Assembly (NCBI GenBank): GCA_934502885.1
Contig: CAKSUT010000007.1
Location: 2,951-66,950, forward strand
Source: an uncultured Eubacteriales bacterium
GTDB taxonomy: Bacteria; Bacillota; Clostridia; Oscillospirales; CAG-382
Reading direction: 5' to 3'
Length of the DNA stretch: 64,000 nucleotides
Program-made: the position numbers and the translations under genes
The notes under the pieces: generated by a model
What the model was told of the DNA's origin: nothing
What the model saw: the letters and a program-made list of their open reading frames with translations, nothing else
Databases searched by the model: none
In this document: in pieces, positions 60,628 through 64,000 of the stretch
How positions within the stretch are numbered: position 1 is the first letter of the stretch
Layout: each line of letters opens with the position of its first letter

Positions 60628-61344
60628 TTACATCACGCCGAAGAGCTTAAGCGCCTCACAGGCCGATCTCTGCTCCGCTTCACGTTTGGTACTTCCCGTG
60701 CCCCTGCCTATCACGTTGTTGTTGAGTCTTACCTCAAAGTCAAACGACTTATCGTGAGCCGGACCTGCTTCTCCCACAAGAACATACTCGAGTATATCGC
60801 CCTTATTCTGCTGGATAAACTTCTGGAGCTTGGTCTTGTAGTCGTCATCGGCGCCGCTTGCGACGAGTGTCGCCGCCTTTTTCACAATAAACGGCTCGAC
60901 GAACTCTCTCGCTCTCTCCATTCCGGCGTCGAGATAAATTGCGGCAATAAGCGCCTCGAAAGCGTCGGAAAGTATCGACTTTCTCTTTCTGCCGTTGCTT
61001 ATCTCCTCACCGTGACCGAGAAACAGATAGTCTCCGAGACTTATCTCGTTTGCGTATTCGTAGAGTGCCCCCTCGCAGACGGTTGCGGCGCGTATTTTCG
61101 TGAGATCTCCCTCAAGAAAGCTCTTGTAGCCCTCGAAAAGATAAGTCGAGGTGACTATAGACAGCACCGAATCCCCGAGAAATTCGAGTCTTTCGTTGCA
61201 GTGAAGCTCCACGCCCTTTGAACGCATTTCGTTCGAGTACGATGAGTGGCAGAGAGCCGCCGTTATGTACTCTGTATTTTTGAAGGTATAGCCTATTTTC
61301 TTTTCAAGAAGCTCCTTTGGAAGCGGATATTTCTTTTCTTCCAC
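60628..61344 (-). CDS. rnc: ribonuclease III
   Basis: GTG start. RNase III signature NERLEFLGDSVL and a C-terminal dsRBD (GPAHDKSFDFEVRLN..GTGSTKREAEQRSA). Confidence 0.93.
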   Translation of the reverse strand: MEEKKYPLPKELLEKKIGYTFKNTEYITAALCHSSYSNEMRSKGVELHCNERLEFLGDSVLSIVTSTYLFEGYKSFLEGDLTKIRAATVCEGALYEYANEISLGDYLFLGHGEEISNGRKRKSILSDAFEALIAAIYLDAGMERAREFVEPFIVKKAATLVASGADDDYKTKLQKFIQQNKGDILEYVLVGEAGPAHDKSFDFEVRLNNNVIGRGTGSTKREAEQRSACEALKLFGVM

Positions 61345-61376
61345 GATATCAGTCCTTTCGCATTGCGGATGCCGCT

Positions 61377-62477
61377 TTATTCCTTGCTTTCGTTTTCCCC
61401 GGCGGCAGTGGTCTCGTCGGCAGGCGTCTCGCCTGCCCCCTCCGGCGTCGGTTCTTCCTCAAAGGGAACGGGCTTCTTAAAGGCGTCGGGATCTTTCGCC
61501 ATGAGCGCAAACTCGGTGATAATACCCGACTTTATATAATTCTTCGCCTGACCCACACAGCAGGCAATGCTCTTTGCATTTGCGCTTCCGTGAGCTTTGA
61601 TGACAGGTCTCGAGATACCGAGGAAAGGTGCGCCGCCAAACTCGGAGTAGTCCATTTCGTGCTTTAGTCTCTTAAGCTCTCCGCTCACCATACCGGCAGC
61701 GATTTTCGTACCGACGTTGGCATAGAACATCCTCTTTAGCTGCGCTTTCATGAACACGCCGAAGCCCTCGGTGAGCTTTACGACGATATTTCCCGTGAAG
61801 CCGTCAGTGACGAGTACATCGCAGGCGTCGTTCGGAAAATCTCTTCCCTCGACGTTGCCGACAAAGTTTATGTCAAGCTCCTTCAAAAGCTTGTAGGTTT
61901 CACGGTAAAGCTCCGTACCCTTCTTTTCCTCCGCACCGTTGTTTATAAGTCCGACTCTCGGGTTTTCGATACCCATGACCTTCTCCATAAAGAGCTTGCC
62001 CATGAGAGCCGACTCACGCATGGTTTCGGGCATTGCGTCGGTATTCGCGCCGGCGTCCGTCACCATTGTTGCGTGACCTCCGAGAGGAACAAGTGCGCCG
62101 AGAGCCGCGCGGCGTATACCCTTTATGCGCTTGACGATAAGGCTCGAACCCATAAAGAGCGCACCCGTGTTTCCGGCGGAAATAACGGCGTGACCCGCAC
62201 CCTCGGAAAGAAGCTTAAGTGCCTGCGCCATGGACGAATCTTTCTTCGACTTTATGACAACGCCGGGATCGTCCTCCATTGTTATCGGCTCGCCCTCGAC
62301 ATTGTATATCTCTATATCGACGCCCGACGTATCGAGTGCCGAAAGCTCGGAGCGGATAACCGTTTCGTTGCCGACCAAAAGAAGATCGACATCGTTCGCC
62401 TTTCCTCCGGCTACCGCACCCTTTATTATTTCATGCGGAGCATTGTCACCGCTCATGCAGTCAATTATTATCTTCAC
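61377..62477 (-). CDS. plsX: phosphate acyltransferase PlsX with an acidic C-terminal extension
   Basis: GTG start. MKIIIDCMSGDNAP.., GNTGA, and FLGI..PVIKAHG motifs. An extra ~30-aa Glu/Pro/Thr-rich tail. Confidence 0.93.
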   Translation of the reverse strand: MKIIIDCMSGDNAPHEIIKGAVAGGKANDVDLLLVGNETVIRSELSALDTSGVDIEIYNVEGEPITMEDDPGVVIKSKKDSSMAQALKLLSEGAGHAVISAGNTGALFMGSSLIVKRIKGIRRAALGALVPLGGHATMVTDAGANTDAMPETMRESALMGKLFMEKVMGIENPRVGLINNGAEEKKGTELYRETYKLLKELDINFVGNVEGRDFPNDACDVLVTDGFTGNIVVKLTEGFGVFMKAQLKRMFYANVGTKIAAGMVSGELKRLKHEMDYSEFGGAPFLGISRPVIKAHGSANAKSIACCVGQAKNYIKSGIITEFALMAKDPDAFKKPVPFEEEPTPEGAGETPADETTAAGENESKE

Positions 62478-62520
62478 GTTAGATCATTCCTTTCCTTCGA
62501 TCACGGAGATTTATCTGCGG

Positions 62521-64000
62521 TTACGACTTATATCCGCACTCCTTGTTATAGCAAACGAGGCTGTCCTTGCCCTTCTTCTTAAGGAGAAGTCCTCCGCACT
62601 CGGGGCACTTTTCCGCCTGCGGCACATCCCATGTCGAAAAATCGCACTCGGGGTATCTTTCGCAGCTGTAGAAAATACTTCTCTTTTTGCCGTGCTTTAC
62701 AACTATATTCGCGCCGCACTTGGGACATGGTATATCGAGTGATTTAACAATCTGCTTCGTACCCTTGCATTCCGGATACTTTTCGCAGGCGTAGAACTGA
62801 CCGAAGCGTCCGCGGCGGATAACCATCGGACCGCCGCAGATATCGCATCTGATATTGTCGGGAGCCGGCGTCGTAGCGGCGTCCTTATCCTCGGTCACGG
62901 CAAGCTTTCCGTCCTTGTCGAGAGGCTTTGTATTCTTGCACTCGGGATAACCGGGACAAGCGGCGAACTTTCCGAAGCGTCCGCTCTTTTCGACCATCAT
63001 TCGTCCGCACTTCTCGCAGACGATGCCTGTCTCCTTGACGGGAATTGCGTAGTTCTGCTTGTCGATGTTCTTTTCGGCTTTCTCAAGCTCTTCGGCAAAG
63101 CCTTTGTAAAAGCCTGTGAGAACGTCAAGCATTGTTTTAGTGCCGTTTGCGACCTCGTCGAGGGATTCCTCCATCTTCGCCGTGAAGCCGTAATCGACTA
63201 TTTCCTCGAAGTTGTCTATCATCAGCTCCGTCGTCTTTTCGCCGAGTATCGACGGCACAAGCGACTTTCCTTCGCGCTCAACGTAGCCTCGCTGAATTAT
63301 CGTGGTAATGGTCGGAGTTATGGTGCTGGGGCGTCCTATGCCCTTTTCCTCAAGCATCTTGATGAACGACGCCTCCGTGTACCTTGCCGGTGGCTGTGTA
63401 AAGTGCTGAAGCGGAACGACGTCCGTCTTTTTGAGCACCTCGCCCTCGCTCATCGGAGGAAGAGCCTTTTCCTTTCCGTCGCTCTTTTCGTCGTCGCTGT
63501 CGGTCTTTTCCTCGTAGACCGCCATATATCCCTGCTTCTTGACGGTATATCCGCTTACTCTGAAAATATAGTCAGCGCTTTCTATATCGACGCTCACGGT
63601 ATCGAGTATCGCGGACGCCATCTGGCTCGAGACGAATCTGTCCCAAATGAGCTTATAGAGCTTATACTGGTCGTTTGAGAGGTATCTCTTTATCTTCTCC
63701 GGCTCAAGCTCCATATCCGACGGACGGATGGCTTCGTGCGCATCCTGCGCGTCGTTCTTTGTCTTGTAGACTCTCGGAGTCGGAGGATATGCGTCATCAC
63801 CGTACTTTGCGACAATATATTTCCTTGCGGCGTCGCGTGCGGTGTCGGCGATTCTCAGCGAGTCGGTACGCATATATGTGATAAGACCGTGGGTGCCGTA
63901 TTCGCCCATATTAAGACCTTCGTAAAGATCCTGAGCGGCACGCATTGTTTTTGCCGACTGAAATCCGAGTCTGCGGTTTGCCTCCTGCTGGAGGGTGGAG
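62521..64000 (-). CDS. topA: DNA topoisomerase I, 3' part (5' end beyond the window)
   Basis: The frame is open to the window edge upstream of the listed Met. Domain IV sequence followed by four C4 zinc ribbons (CEKCGRMM..CPGYPEC, CDICGGPM..CEKYPEC, CPKCGANI..CERYPEC, CPECGGLL..CYNKEC). Confidence 0.93.
   Translation of the reverse strand, partial: STLQQEANRRLGFQSAKTMRAAQDLYEGLNMGEYGTHGLITYMRTDSLRIADTARDAARKYIVAKYGDDAYPPTPRVYKTKNDAQDAHEAIRPSDMELEPEKIKRYLSNDQYKLYKLIWDRFVSSQMASAILDTVSVDIESADYIFRVSGYTVKKQGYMAVYEEKTDSDDEKSDGKEKALPPMSEGEVLKKTDVVPLQHFTQPPARYTEASFIKMLEEKGIGRPSTITPTITTIIQRGYVEREGKSLVPSILGEKTTELMIDNFEEIVDYGFTAKMEESLDEVANGTKTMLDVLTGFYKGFAEELEKAEKNIDKQNYAIPVKETGIVCEKCGRMMVEKSGRFGKFAACPGYPECKNTKPLDKDGKLAVTEDKDAATTPAPDNIRCDICGGPMVIRRGRFGQFYACEKYPECKGTKQIVKSLDIPCPKCGANIVVKHGKKRSIFYSCERYPECDFSTWDVPQAEKCPECGGLLLKKKGKDSLVCYNKECGYKS

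Noticed and set aside
1-64000. CRISPR arrays, tRNA/rRNA genes, IS elements, integrases, prophage or toxin-antitoxin modules.
   Set aside because: I saw no regularly spaced direct repeats, no cloverleaf-like sequences apart from the T-box, and no transposase, recombinase or phage-type ORFs in any frame. The scan was by eye only, so short or degenerate elements could have been missed.

Overview
The window looks like a chromosomal segment of a moderately GC-rich Firmicute. SLH domains, T-box and THF leaders, an ECF-type FolT, AGGAGG Shine-Dalgarno sites and many rho-independent terminators suggest Clostridia, perhaps Oscillospiraceae/Ruminococcaceae-like; the taxon is inference only. I support about 50 protein-coding genes. 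Core genes: smpB, typA, uppP, thrS, folC, rlmH, smc, rnc, plsX, topA (5' end off-window), a metY-type sulfhydrylase-cysK-Rrf2 operon and csoR-copA. These are interleaved with accessory glycan genes: a GH36 alpha-galactosidase / 1399-aa GH78 rhamnosidase lipoprotein / MFS operon, a 983-aa SLH beta-helix wall protein, ThuA, and cytoplasmic beta-helix and Asp-box proteins. Two cis-regulatory RNAs are missed by the ORF track: a Thr (ACC) T-box before thrS and a THF riboswitch before folT-folC. A CsoR operator and about 18 sigma-A promoters (mostly TTGACA-17-TATAAT, often with an extended -10 TGn) can be read directly. I found no rRNA, tRNA, tmRNA, CRISPR array, transposase, integrase or prophage gene. 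Most worth a second look: (1) a VTC-domain / DUF4956 / surface beta-helix lipoprotein operon, a possible uncharacterised membrane-coupled polyphosphate module; (2) a stand-alone EF-G paralogue whose switch-II catalytic His is Tyr (DCPGY); (3) two gene lesions 4 kb apart, a frameshift in an A7 run of an EamA transporter and an in-frame TAG in an ABC ATPase; (4) an unlisted 30-aa hydrophobic Cys-rich ORF with a perfect SD; (5) copA fused in frame to a copZ-like domain that keeps its own SD and ATG; (6) a DeoR-controlled glycerol-1-phosphate dehydrogenase + HAD phosphatase pair. Many long ORFs in the track are antisense shadow ORFs and were rejected. All family calls come from motifs read by eye and from memory; no search was run.
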